The notes under the pieces were generated by a model. It did not search any database. It was not told the origin of the DNA and was given only the letters and a program-made list of their open reading frames with translations. The position numbers and the translations under genes are program-made. This document shows, piece by piece, positions 9,248 through 16,708 of a stretch of 17,880 bases of DNA. Location: NCBI GenBank assembly GCA_030668825.1, contig DAOVET010000048.1, positions 1 to 17,880 on the forward strand, in the 5' to 3' direction. This stretch comes from Candidatus Heimdallarchaeota archaeon. GTDB lineage: Archaea > Asgardarchaeota > Heimdallarchaeia > Heimdallarchaeales > Heimdallarchaeaceae. Each line of letters opens with the position of its first letter. Position 1 is the first letter of the stretch.

Positions 9248-9358
9248 TTAAGTTGCTTCTTCCTCTTTTCCTACACTAAATGCATGGTAAAACAGTGCAA
9301 AAATGACAGCAATTATAATTATAATAATTATCACGGTTTTTATTATTGTGAAATCCAT
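9248..9358 (-). CDS. 36-aa single-TM peptide, OST4-like (putative minimal OST subunit)
   Basis: Hand translation MDFTIIKTVIIIIIIIAVIFALFYHAFSVGKEEEAT*; one TM ending in YH at residues 24-25; own BRE-TATA promoter; fills the gap between rpa and the surface-protein gene. Confidence 0.6.
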   Translation of the reverse strand: MDFTIIKTVIIIIIIIAVIFALFYHAFSVGKEEEAT

Positions 9359-9384
9359 ACTAACCCGGTTGAAGTTGCATTTTG

Positions 9385-9403
9385 TTTATTAATAAGCTTT
9401 TCG
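9385..9403 (-). promoter_or_regulatory. Archaeal BRE-TATA promoter of the 36-aa ORF
   Basis: Minus strand reads CGAAAAGC-TTATTAATAAA; TATA element about 27-37 nt upstream of ATG 9358. Confidence 0.6.
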
Positions 9404-9412
9404 ACTAAATGC

Positions 9413-9420
9413 AAAAAAAA
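9413..9420 (-). terminator. Oligo-T terminator of rpa
   Basis: T8 tract on the minus strand about 11 nt after the rpa stop. Confidence 0.5.
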
Positions 9421-9431
9421 GGTAAGGGTTT

Positions 9432-11552
9432 CTATTCAGTATAAATCTGCTTTACCATGTTTTTGGTTGTTTCTGCATATCTAACCTTCTCTATTGATTT
9501 AGCAATTAGTTCTAAGCTTTTAAGATAAAGATTTTGATTTACTTTGCCACTTATTATCAATTCTGAGTTAACAAAATTATTAGCTTTCAAAAAGGAATAA
9601 GGCGCTTTTTCTGATTCATTTTCCTCCACCATTCTTGCTGCAGTGTCAGCAGACAGTTCTAAGACAATTTCAGCCAATTTACCAGCGCATAGTACATTGA
9701 TATTTCCTGTTCCATCATTAGCAACGAAAGTAAAAAGAATACGATTTAATGGCTTATCAGTATCTCCATGCACTGCACAGTTGTAAGTATCATTTTCCTT
9801 TTTCATTTTCTTTTTACATTCAGGACATAATGGATAAACAAATTGTTTCTCTATGAGCTTCACTACAGTTGCTTGAATAGAAACTTCATCTCCTTCTTCA
9901 ATATCCTCTATATCTTTAATTTTCTCCAGGTCAATTTCAAGTGATGAAACCTCTAAGCTAGATACAAAGTCTTGAGGATTAGAAGGATTATTTAATGCTT
10001 TTTTTACAATTGAATTTTTACTGATTAACAATTCAGTTCCATAACCAGCGTCTTCTTTAACACCCGCATTATAAATTTCAACACTATCACCAATATTTAA
10101 ATCAGAAATCTTAGTTATATTTTCACGCCAACAAGTAATGCGAATGGTACCTGATTGGTCTTCAACTCTTAAGTTTCTTAGTTGAATGATTTCATCTTCT
10201 TTGGTTTTTATATCTTGAATTGGACTTAAATCACTTACAATACCTTGTATGTGTGCTTCCTTCATTTCGTCAGTGACATCTTTAATGTTTGTAAAATCTA
10301 ATAGATATTGGCTAATTGAATTGGAATCTATGCTCTCGACATCTACTCGTGTTTGATTTCCGCAATGAATCTCAATATCTGAATATCTTCCTTTTCTTGT
10401 AAAACCATTAATTATAGAAATGATTTTGTTTATGTCATTTTCATTTACTAGTTGAGTCTTATCATCCCATAAAACAACACGAATAATCCCTGTGCTGTCA
10501 GAAATTGTGATGTCTCTTACTTTACCTTTAGATCCATTTTCTCTGGAAAATTCATGTAAGGGATTCACATTAATCATCAAGCCTTTTGTTGATATAAGAG
10601 AACTTAATTCAGTAATCTGATTTATTGGTAATAATTGAGCAGCAATATCTGTTCCTGAGCCAATAAAGCCTTTTTTCACAATTATGTCAGCCAAATTGTC
10701 CCTCTTAACAATATTTGTGTATTTGCTTGAATGCAATTCTAGGTGTCCCTTTAATCCTACTTTTGAAGCTAATCTCACAACTTCAATAATATCCCCTAAA
10801 CCGATATCTTGAACATCATCAGCTTTTTCATTCCAGAAATTAACATAAATCTCTCCGGTTTCATCACCAAGGACTAAACCTTGTTTATTACCTTTTGAAC
10901 CATCAGACCTTTCAAATTCAAGGATGTCATCTTTTTGAGTTACCTTACCAATTAAAGAAAGATCAATCTCATTTCCTCTAATATTCTTAATTTTGGAAAA
11001 TTCAGATTCAAATACAGGTAATTCAGAATCATCAATACCTGAGGGTCTAATTTGAATTTGGCTTCTTATTCCTAAGTGTACCTCTACAGATTCATCCCGT
11101 CCGGCTTTTGTATAGCCATTTAAAATTCTTATTGGATCGCCTATTTTGCAGTTAGTGTCTTGTAACTCAACTACTTTCTGATCCCAAAACACAACGCGAA
11201 TTTTACCTGTTTTATCCTCAATGAGAACCGATTGCAAAACTCCATCGGAGCCATCTTTTTTCTTAAAATTATGTTGGTTGTAAATTCTATAAATACGACC
11301 AATTAGATTGACATTGTTTAGTTCCAGAACTAATTGATCGATACTTAAAGTGGTTTGTACCTGAATTGGAGGTTCTGAAGATAGGTCAACACCCATTTCC
11401 CTTGCTACAATATGAACAGCCCCAAGCTGTGTCACAAACTCCCCTAGTTCTTCCATCTTATCATTGATAAGTTGATGAATTTCTTCTTTTCCCATACTTG
11501 TTTCAGTTGAAATTATATCAACTATTTCCTTTAATGAGCGTTGACTTGACAT
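9432..11552 (-). CDS. rpa: Replication protein A large subunit (ssDNA binding; 5 OB folds plus Zn finger)
   Basis: Five repeats of the OB-fold D.TG.I motif (EDKTGKIRVVFWD, GDETGEIYVNFWN, SDSTGIIRVVLWD, EDQSGTIRITCWR, NDGTGNINVLC); CPEC...CAVH Zn finger in the last OB fold; helical N-terminal domain; GGGAG RBS upstream. Confidence 0.92.
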   Translation of the reverse strand: MSSQRSLKEIVDIISTETSMGKEEIHQLINDKMEELGEFVTQLGAVHIVAREMGVDLSSEPPIQVQTTLSIDQLVLELNNVNLIGRIYRIYNQHNFKKKDGSDGVLQSVLIEDKTGKIRVVFWDQKVVELQDTNCKIGDPIRILNGYTKAGRDESVEVHLGIRSQIQIRPSGIDDSELPVFESEFSKIKNIRGNEIDLSLIGKVTQKDDILEFERSDGSKGNKQGLVLGDETGEIYVNFWNEKADDVQDIGLGDIIEVVRLASKVGLKGHLELHSSKYTNIVKRDNLADIIVKKGFIGSGTDIAAQLLPINQITELSSLISTKGLMINVNPLHEFSRENGSKGKVRDITISDSTGIIRVVLWDDKTQLVNENDINKIISIINGFTRKGRYSDIEIHCGNQTRVDVESIDSNSISQYLLDFTNIKDVTDEMKEAHIQGIVSDLSPIQDIKTKEDEIIQLRNLRVEDQSGTIRITCWRENITKISDLNIGDSVEIYNAGVKEDAGYGTELLISKNSIVKKALNNPSNPQDFVSSLEVSSLEIDLEKIKDIEDIEEGDEVSIQATVVKLIEKQFVYPLCPECKKKMKKENDTYNCAVHGDTDKPLNRILFTFVANDGTGNINVLCAGKLAEIVLELSADTAARMVEENESEKAPYSFLKANNFVNSELIISGKVNQNLYLKSLELIAKSIEKVRYAETTKNMVKQIYTE

Positions 11553-11569
11553 GTAACAAACTCCCTTAT

Positions 11570-12835
11570 TTAATTTGTATAAATCTTTTGATTGGATTGT
11601 GATATTAAATTCACTGCTTTTTTTCCTACAACTAGGAAAATCTCTGAGTGATTCTTGAGTTTTGAATTAATAAAGGCAAAATCACTAGGAAAAATAGACA
11701 TGAAAGAGAACCATTTACTATTGGTTTCCATGTTTTGAACTTCATATGATTTAACAAACGGTACTTTGTTGTAAAACTCAAGAAGTTCTCTTGGGGATAT
11801 AATTACAAGAGCCATCAATTCATCATTTTCCACAATGATTTGAGGTTGGATTAATCCTCTATCCTTAAGTTTAGATTTAATTCTAAATAATGTTCTAATG
11901 GAAACGTTGTTTTCTTTTGCTATCTTTTTAATATTTGGTCTTCTAAAATCCGTTTCACAGTTCTTCATGAGTTGTAGGACGTGGTTTTTACTTGATGTAG
12001 GAACATAAAAATTATCTAAATCTTTCTCTCGATTCAAGTTTTTCGAAGTTTTCTTAGATTTATTTACAGAAATCCAATCCTGAAACGAAAGACCACGGTT
12101 CAATATTTCTGTGTTACAAACTATTTTTTTGTTTATAACTTGATAAATGTAAGGTCGTTTAATCTCTTGAGAAGATAAACCATGGAAGAGTTTGAAATCT
12201 GGAAACAAAGTTATTTTATCTAAGAATTTAAGCTTATTGTTCGAATTTTCAATTTCAGTGAAACCAAAGAATTCATAGGCATCTATTGGAGAATAATCGG
12301 CAAAACAACCAAGAAAAACGCCTCTTGATTTCAGGGAATTAATTATATTGCTTATTTTTTTCTCTGAAATATTTAGCTCGTTTGCTAAATCCTTATTGAG
12401 AATATTGGGGTTTTTATCAAGCCTTTCTATTACTTTCCTTTCCACAAAATCTAGTTTTACTTTCCTCTTATTTGTCAATAGATTTGTCTCAAAAAATTGA
12501 ACAACCCCACTTAAATTCATTCTTCTCGAATAAATGTAATCATGAAAGTTTTTCATTTCAATCCAAAAATCTTTATAATTAGTAAACTTCCAGAATTCAT
12601 TCACTTGCACATTTTTTTCATTATAACAATATCTTAGAAAAATATTAGTAAACTTATCTCTTAAATTCTGATTAAATCTAGGAAAGCTATCTCTAAAAAG
12701 ATTCTTAGCCATAGTTTGGGAATATTCATTAATCTCAAATCTAAAGTCAGCTATATCTATTTCACCATTAAATAATGATTTTAGCAATCTAAGAGCTTCC
12801 GTACTAGTACCATATGCTCTCTGAACATTCATCAT
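11570..12835 (-). CDS. Transcriptional regulator with two winged-HTH domains (Lrp/AsnC-like tandem)
   Basis: HTH1 ILNKDLANELNISEKKISNIINSLKSRG; HTH2 NIKKIAKENNVSIRTLFRIKSKLKDRGLI. Start moved to ATG 12835/12832 because the longer ORF overlaps the upstream gene and its terminator. Confidence 0.72.
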   Translation of the reverse strand: MMNVQRAYGTSTEALRLLKSLFNGEIDIADFRFEINEYSQTMAKNLFRDSFPRFNQNLRDKFTNIFLRYCYNEKNVQVNEFWKFTNYKDFWIEMKNFHDYIYSRRMNLSGVVQFFETNLLTNKRKVKLDFVERKVIERLDKNPNILNKDLANELNISEKKISNIINSLKSRGVFLGCFADYSPIDAYEFFGFTEIENSNNKLKFLDKITLFPDFKLFHGLSSQEIKRPYIYQVINKKIVCNTEILNRGLSFQDWISVNKSKKTSKNLNREKDLDNFYVPTSSKNHVLQLMKNCETDFRRPNIKKIAKENNVSIRTLFRIKSKLKDRGLIQPQIIVENDELMALVIISPRELLEFYNKVPFVKSYEVQNMETNSKWFSFMSIFPSDFAFINSKLKNHSEIFLVVGKKAVNLISQSNQKIYTN

Positions 12836-12854
12836 AAAAATAAAGCAATTTGAA

Positions 12855-12862
12855 TATTTATA
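12855..12862 (-). promoter_or_regulatory. TATA box for the regulator-rpa unit (probably leaderless)
   Basis: TATAAATA on the minus strand, ending about 20-23 nt before the tandem ATGs, preceded by purine-rich AAAAAGTGGTG. Confidence 0.5.
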
Positions 12863-12875
12863 CACCACTTTTTGT

Positions 12876-12895
12876 AAAAGAAAAAAAACGAAAAA
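12876..12895 (-). terminator. T-rich terminator of the GIFT-domain gene
   Basis: TTTTTCGTTTTTTTTCTTTT on the minus strand about 20 nt after the stop at 12915. Confidence 0.5.
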
Positions 12896-12914
12896 TATGA
12901 AGAGAACTTGATAA

Positions 12915-14012
12915 TCACTTAATTGTAACAGTGATTTTTCTTTTATTTCTATATCTGAAAACAAGAATTGAAATACCAAAAATTACAGCAGAGAGAGCAA
13001 AAACAAGCAAAGCATAGTTCTCAAAAACCCATATTGCAGGAGGATCTCTTTCTAGATGAGGGGTATATTCCAAGAGCCAGAGAATGAGGTTGTTCCATAG
13101 TTCGAGATTCTGATTCTGTTCAATCCAAGTTGAATTTTCTGCAATCTCTAAGTCACTGAACATTATTGTTGAACCCGACATGACTAATCTGGTACCTTTA
13201 GTTTTTTTTGCAAAAAGCCAAGTAAGGAAACCATTGGTTGGATCTCTAAATATATCATATTCTTCGTTAATTGCGTATGATGTAATGGGTGTTTTTCCAA
13301 CTTGAACCATTTTTTCCAATGAGTCATCCTCCAGTCTTTCATTTCCTAATGAAATAGAGTCTGAATAAATCGTAACATTGTCAATTTTTGTTTCCTGCCA
13401 GAAGAAATCTATGTTTTCATTGAAAATTGTCTTTGTTGAATTATACTCATTAAATGTTACATGTGTTGCATTTCCATATGTACTATTAAAATCATCTACA
13501 ATTACTCTAGAAAGCGACTGGTTTGCTCCAAACATGAATCTTGCAGATGTTAACCAATTGTCTCTCTCATTTAGAAGTTCATTCATTGTAGTAGGATGAC
13601 CTGTTATATTATCTTGTTGAGTCAGTGGATTGCAAAGTAAAAATAAAGATCCACCAAGTTCTATGTAATCAAGGATTGCATCTTTCTCTGCTTGATCTAA
13701 GCTATCATCCTCTCCAAGTCCAGGGTTTGTAAAAATAAGCAAATCTACACCTTGAAGGTTTGTAGAATTAAACCTTGTTTCAGTTTGGAATATAAGTTCA
13801 ATTACAAGCTTAGTGTCCAGATCTTCAATTGTAATATTAGTAAGGGAGCTTAAAGCAGTATCCATAAAAGTCCTATTGAAAACTTGTCCATGTGATTCAT
13901 CAAAAAGAATTACATAATTCAGTGTCTGTTGACCAGAGATATCATATACGTAGGGTACATTTGTTACTGTTACCAAGCAGAGCAATAAGAATACTAAAGT
14001 GCGATTTTTCAT
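12915..14012 (-). CDS. Type I membrane protein with GIFT/DUF4350 (GATase-like) domain; WBP1/OST48-, IFT52- or GldG-related
   Basis: Signal peptide; ILFDESHGQ, DLLIFTNP, AILDYIELGGSLFLL, GTRLVMSGSTIMFSD, NLELWNNLILWL; C-terminal TM plus basic tail. Confidence 0.72.
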   Translation of the reverse strand: MKNRTLVFLLLCLVTVTNVPYVYDISGQQTLNYVILFDESHGQVFNRTFMDTALSSLTNITIEDLDTKLVIELIFQTETRFNSTNLQGVDLLIFTNPGLGEDDSLDQAEKDAILDYIELGGSLFLLCNPLTQQDNITGHPTTMNELLNERDNWLTSARFMFGANQSLSRVIVDDFNSTYGNATHVTFNEYNSTKTIFNENIDFFWQETKIDNVTIYSDSISLGNERLEDDSLEKMVQVGKTPITSYAINEEYDIFRDPTNGFLTWLFAKKTKGTRLVMSGSTIMFSDLEIAENSTWIEQNQNLELWNNLILWLLEYTPHLERDPPAIWVFENYALLVFALSAVIFGISILVFRYRNKRKITVTIK

Positions 14013-14052
14013 ATTATCCCTTATTAAGTAATTTGTTAGGAAATTAAAGAAA

Positions 14053-14070
14053 GTATATTTAGACTTTTCG
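14053..14070 (-). promoter_or_regulatory. BRE-TATA promoter of the GIFT-domain gene
   Basis: Minus strand reads CGAAAAGT-CTAAATATAC, about 40-50 nt upstream of ATG 14012. Confidence 0.45.
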
Positions 14071-14172
14071 CCCTTTGTGGATTTTTATTCTTAATTTCGA
14101 AAATAGTGCATTTGATGAAAGGGATGGGGAATTTAAAGGGTTTTTCTTACAATATAACATTGAATCAGAATC

Positions 14173-14180
14173 TTTAAAAA
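14173..14180 (+). promoter_or_regulatory. TATA box of tRNA-Thr
   Basis: TTTAAAAA preceded by CAGAATC, ending about 28 nt before tRNA position 1. Confidence 0.45.
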
Positions 14181-14207
14181 TTATAGAAAAAGGATTTTAT
14201 TGAATTT

Positions 14208-14283
14208 GCCTCGATAGCTCAGCTGGTAGAGCGTTACCTTGGTAAGGTAAAGGTCAGGGGTTCAAACCCCCTTCGGGGCTCCA
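14208..14283 (+). tRNA. tRNA-Thr(GGT), intron-less, CCA encoded
   Basis: Acceptor GCCTCGA/TCGGGGC, D arm GCTC/GAGC, anticodon stem TTACC/GGTAA with GGT at 14241-14243, T arm AGGGG-TTCAAAC-CCCCT, discriminator U, then CCA. Confidence 0.97.
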
Positions 14284-14355
14284 TAGACTGTTTTGTACCC
14301 ATATATTCGTATTGAAAGAATTATTAAGCTCAATTATCTAGATATCATGAGTTAA

Positions 14356-15138
14356 ATGAAAGATTTCCTTAAAGATGAAAACGCCACAATTGAAGAAATT
14401 AAAAAGTTTATAAGACAAAAAATTGAAATTTCAAAAACAAAAGGGGCAGTAATTGGTCTCAGTGGTGGAATTGATTCTGCAGTTGTTGTACATTTAACGG
14501 CTCTTGCTATTGGTAAAGAAAAAATATCACTTATTCATTTACCTGAAAAAGAGCTCGATCCAATTCATACTCAAGATGCCCAATTAACAGCTGGTCAATT
14601 AGACATTCCTCTCCAAATCATCGATATTTCACCTCTGATAAGGGAAATGATAACAGTACATTCAGAATTGAAAAAGAATCAGTTAGCTAAAGGAAATTTA
14701 AAAGCTCGATTAAGAGGAGTTAACCTTTACACAATATCTAATCTCGAAAATAAACTAGTAATAGGAACGTCAAATAAATCCGAAATTTCAATAGGCTATG
14801 GAACTAAATTCGGCGATTTAGCTGCGGATATATGGCCTATAGGAGACATTTACAAAACAGAATTGTATAGAATAGCTGAAAAACTCAATGTGAATCTAAA
14901 AATCATAACAAAACCTCCAACTGCAGGACTTTGGGCTAAACAAACAGATGAGGAAGAAATAGGGATCTCCTATAAAAAGCTAGATCTATTACTTCTTGGT
15001 TTAGAGAATGGATTGAGCGAAAAGGAGTTAATTAAAACAATTGGATTAAAGAAGAATCAAGTAGATAGAATAAAGAAATTAATAAAAAATAACAAACACA
15101 AAAGGATGATGCCTGGAATGCCAAAGATTCAAAGGTAG
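14356..15138 (+). CDS. nadE: NH3-dependent NAD+ synthetase
   Basis: PP-loop GLSGGIDSA, GNLKARLR, GTSNKSE, GYGTKFGD, KPPTAGLW, QTDEEEIG; no glutaminase domain. Confidence 0.96.
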   Translation: MKDFLKDENATIEEIKKFIRQKIEISKTKGAVIGLSGGIDSAVVVHLTALAIGKEKISLIHLPEKELDPIHTQDAQLTAGQLDIPLQIIDISPLIREMITVHSELKKNQLAKGNLKARLRGVNLYTISNLENKLVIGTSNKSEISIGYGTKFGDLAADIWPIGDIYKTELYRIAEKLNVNLKIITKPPTAGLWAKQTDEEEIGISYKKLDLLLLGLENGLSEKELIKTIGLKKNQVDRIKKLIKNNKHKRMMPGMPKIQR

Positions 15139-15208
15139 CAACAGAAAAATCTTTCCTTGATTTTCGTGGAGTATTTAACTTAAACTATGTTTTAATATTT
15201 GAAAAGAA

Positions 15209-15433
15209 ATGGTAGGAGAAATTGGTGAAGGAACCCTTCAATATATTCTCGATTTGGTTCTATTGATTCTTCTTTATGCCTCTAAAACAGGAATTTGGAT
15301 TGGTTTAATGATTACAACTGAAAAAACAAGTAAGGGATTAATTCAAAGGAATCTAGGTTATAGCTTAAACAAAATTGGAAAAGGTATCGGAATTATAATT
15401 TTCTCCTTGATAATTTACCTACTACTGGTTTAG
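15209..15433 (+). CDS. Small two-helix membrane protein, function unknown
   Basis: 74 aa with two hydrophobic segments and a basic loop; fills the nadE-radB gap. Confidence 0.65.
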   Translation: MVGEIGEGTLQYILDLVLLILLYASKTGIWIGLMITTEKTSKGLIQRNLGYSLNKIGKGIGIIIFSLIIYLLLV

Positions 15434-15505
15434 ATAAGAAAATTATCTTCTTTTCAAAGCTTTAATATATAATAAAACTGAATAAATTAATATTCTCTAA
15501 TATCA

Positions 15506-16153
15506 GTGATAGATTTGGCGCTTCGAGATTTACTGGAATACGGAACAATTCCTCAAGGTATAACCCATTTAGCGGGTCCTCCAAATTCAGGAAAAACAAC
15601 GCTACTTTATCAGACATGTAGAGGTCTAAAAGGGAAGAAAGCGCTATTTTTTGACTGTGAGATAAATTTTAGTGCACAAAGATTAATGGAAGTTAATCTG
15701 AATTACAAGGTTGAACTAAAAAATATCACCGTTATTAGTTTATTTAATAAGAGTCAACAAATTAAAACATTGATGAAGGTTCATAATTTTATTTCAAACA
15801 CAGATTACACATTCATAGCAATTAATGGGATAACGAATCATTTTAGATTTAGAAGCACAAATATCAATGAAATGAGTATATATAAGCTACTAACATTGCA
15901 AATGGCATACCTAAACATGATTAGCAAAGAATATCAGGTTCCTATTTTAATAACAAATCAAGTTACTGCTTTCAGAGAAAAGGATAAGAGAACTATTAGA
16001 CCTGTAGCAAATTCAGCTATAATGAATTATTCAGACAGAGAAATTAAATTAAAATATGTTAATAAAAAACTGTGGAAAGCACAGCAAGAAAAAGAGGAAA
16101 TTTTTTATAAAATAACTAATGATGGTCTTGAAACCATTAAAAGTAGGTATTAA
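15506..16153 (+). CDS. radB: RadB-like RecA/Rad51 paralogue
   Basis: Walker A GPPNSGKTT, FFDCEINFSAQRL, ISKEYQVPILITNQV; no N-terminal HhH domain; Walker B reads IAING instead of hhhDS. Confidence 0.72.
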   Translation: MIDLALRDLLEYGTIPQGITHLAGPPNSGKTTLLYQTCRGLKGKKALFFDCEINFSAQRLMEVNLNYKVELKNITVISLFNKSQQIKTLMKVHNFISNTDYTFIAINGITNHFRFRSTNINEMSIYKLLTLQMAYLNMISKEYQVPILITNQVTAFREKDKRTIRPVANSAIMNYSDREIKLKYVNKKLWKAQQEKEEIFYKITNDGLETIKSRY

Positions 16154-16584
16154 CCCACTAATAATTTAGCTCTAAAAATCAATAATACAGCAATGTACCA
16201 TACAACTACTAGGATTGTTCCAATCAACTCAACTTTTTGAGCAGTTCCAACATCAAAAGCAAATTTTGTTGCATGATCAAGCAAATATAGACTTACTGCG
16301 GCGAAAACCAATATAAATCCTATAACTAATCCTTCAATTAGATATTGTGTATGTATTGACCGTGCAATGAAAAGAGGGCTATTACCAAATTGGCCTATAC
16401 TAATCAGAACATCCTGATTTACAACCATATATGCCCCTCCTCCAAAGATATAGAATACAATCCCATATATGAGAACATAAATTAAACTTCTGGGAATTTG
16501 TTTTGGCATACGAATTGATATTCGATGCAGATTGAAATTAGGTCTGCGAATTCCAGGTAGTAACCAAGGTAATCTTCTAGCCAT
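16150..16584 (-). CDS. Oligosaccharyltransferase subunit OSTC/DC2 homologue (OST3/OST6 family, TM part only)
   Basis: 144 aa, three TMs; motifs RLPW...PNFNL...RMP, FGGGAY, FIA....QYLIEGL, LLD and FRAKL match remembered DC2 motifs (RVPF..PNLKL..HMP, TGGIIY, FLA....QYIMEGL, ILD, RMKL). Confidence 0.85.
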   Translation of the reverse strand: MARRLPWLLPGIRRPNFNLHRISIRMPKQIPRSLIYVLIYGIVFYIFGGGAYMVVNQDVLISIGQFGNSPLFIARSIHTQYLIEGLVIGFILVFAAVSLYLLDHATKFAFDVGTAQKVELIGTILVVVWYIAVLLIFRAKLLVG

Positions 16585-16613
16585 TCTTATCTGAAGTTTG
16601 GGTTACAACATAC

Positions 16614-16629
16614 TATTTTAAAGATTTCG
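16614..16629 (-). promoter_or_regulatory. BRE-TATA promoter of the OSTC homologue
   Basis: Minus strand reads CGAAATC-TTTAAAATA; TATA about 30-38 nt upstream of ATG 16584. Confidence 0.55.
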
Positions 16630-16674
16630 ACAGATAAGATTAAAGAAATTTCTTAATTTTCTCTAACCATGTCA

Positions 16675-16708
16675 ATTATCCCTTGAAGATTATCCCTTGA
16701 AGATTATC
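16675..16708. repeat. Perfect 14-bp tandem repeat, 2.4 copies (ATTATCCCTTGAAG)
   Basis: 16675-16688 is identical to 16689-16702, followed by ATTATC at 16703-16708; spans the stop codon of the winged-helix gene. Confidence 0.95.

Noticed and set aside
9284-9484. 66-aa plus-strand ORF with an NYNYNNY low-complexity run
   Set aside because: Antisense of the poly-Ile codons of the 36-aa peptide and overlaps the rpa 3' end; the ATA/ATT repeat is coding, not a microsatellite.
12836-12979. 48-aa N-terminal extension of the wHTH regulator in the ORF track
   Set aside because: Overlaps the upstream gene, its T-rich terminator and the TATA box; the Phe-rich stretch is just the translated T tract.
13378-13599. 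73-aa plus-strand ORF
   Set aside because: Antisense shadow of the GIFT-domain gene.
14208-14355. tRNA-Thr as an integration (att) site
   Set aside because: No integrase and no duplicated tRNA 3' end seen; flanked by housekeeping nadE.
16675-16708. Possible CRISPR repeat
   Set aside because: 14-bp unit with no spacers and no cas genes.
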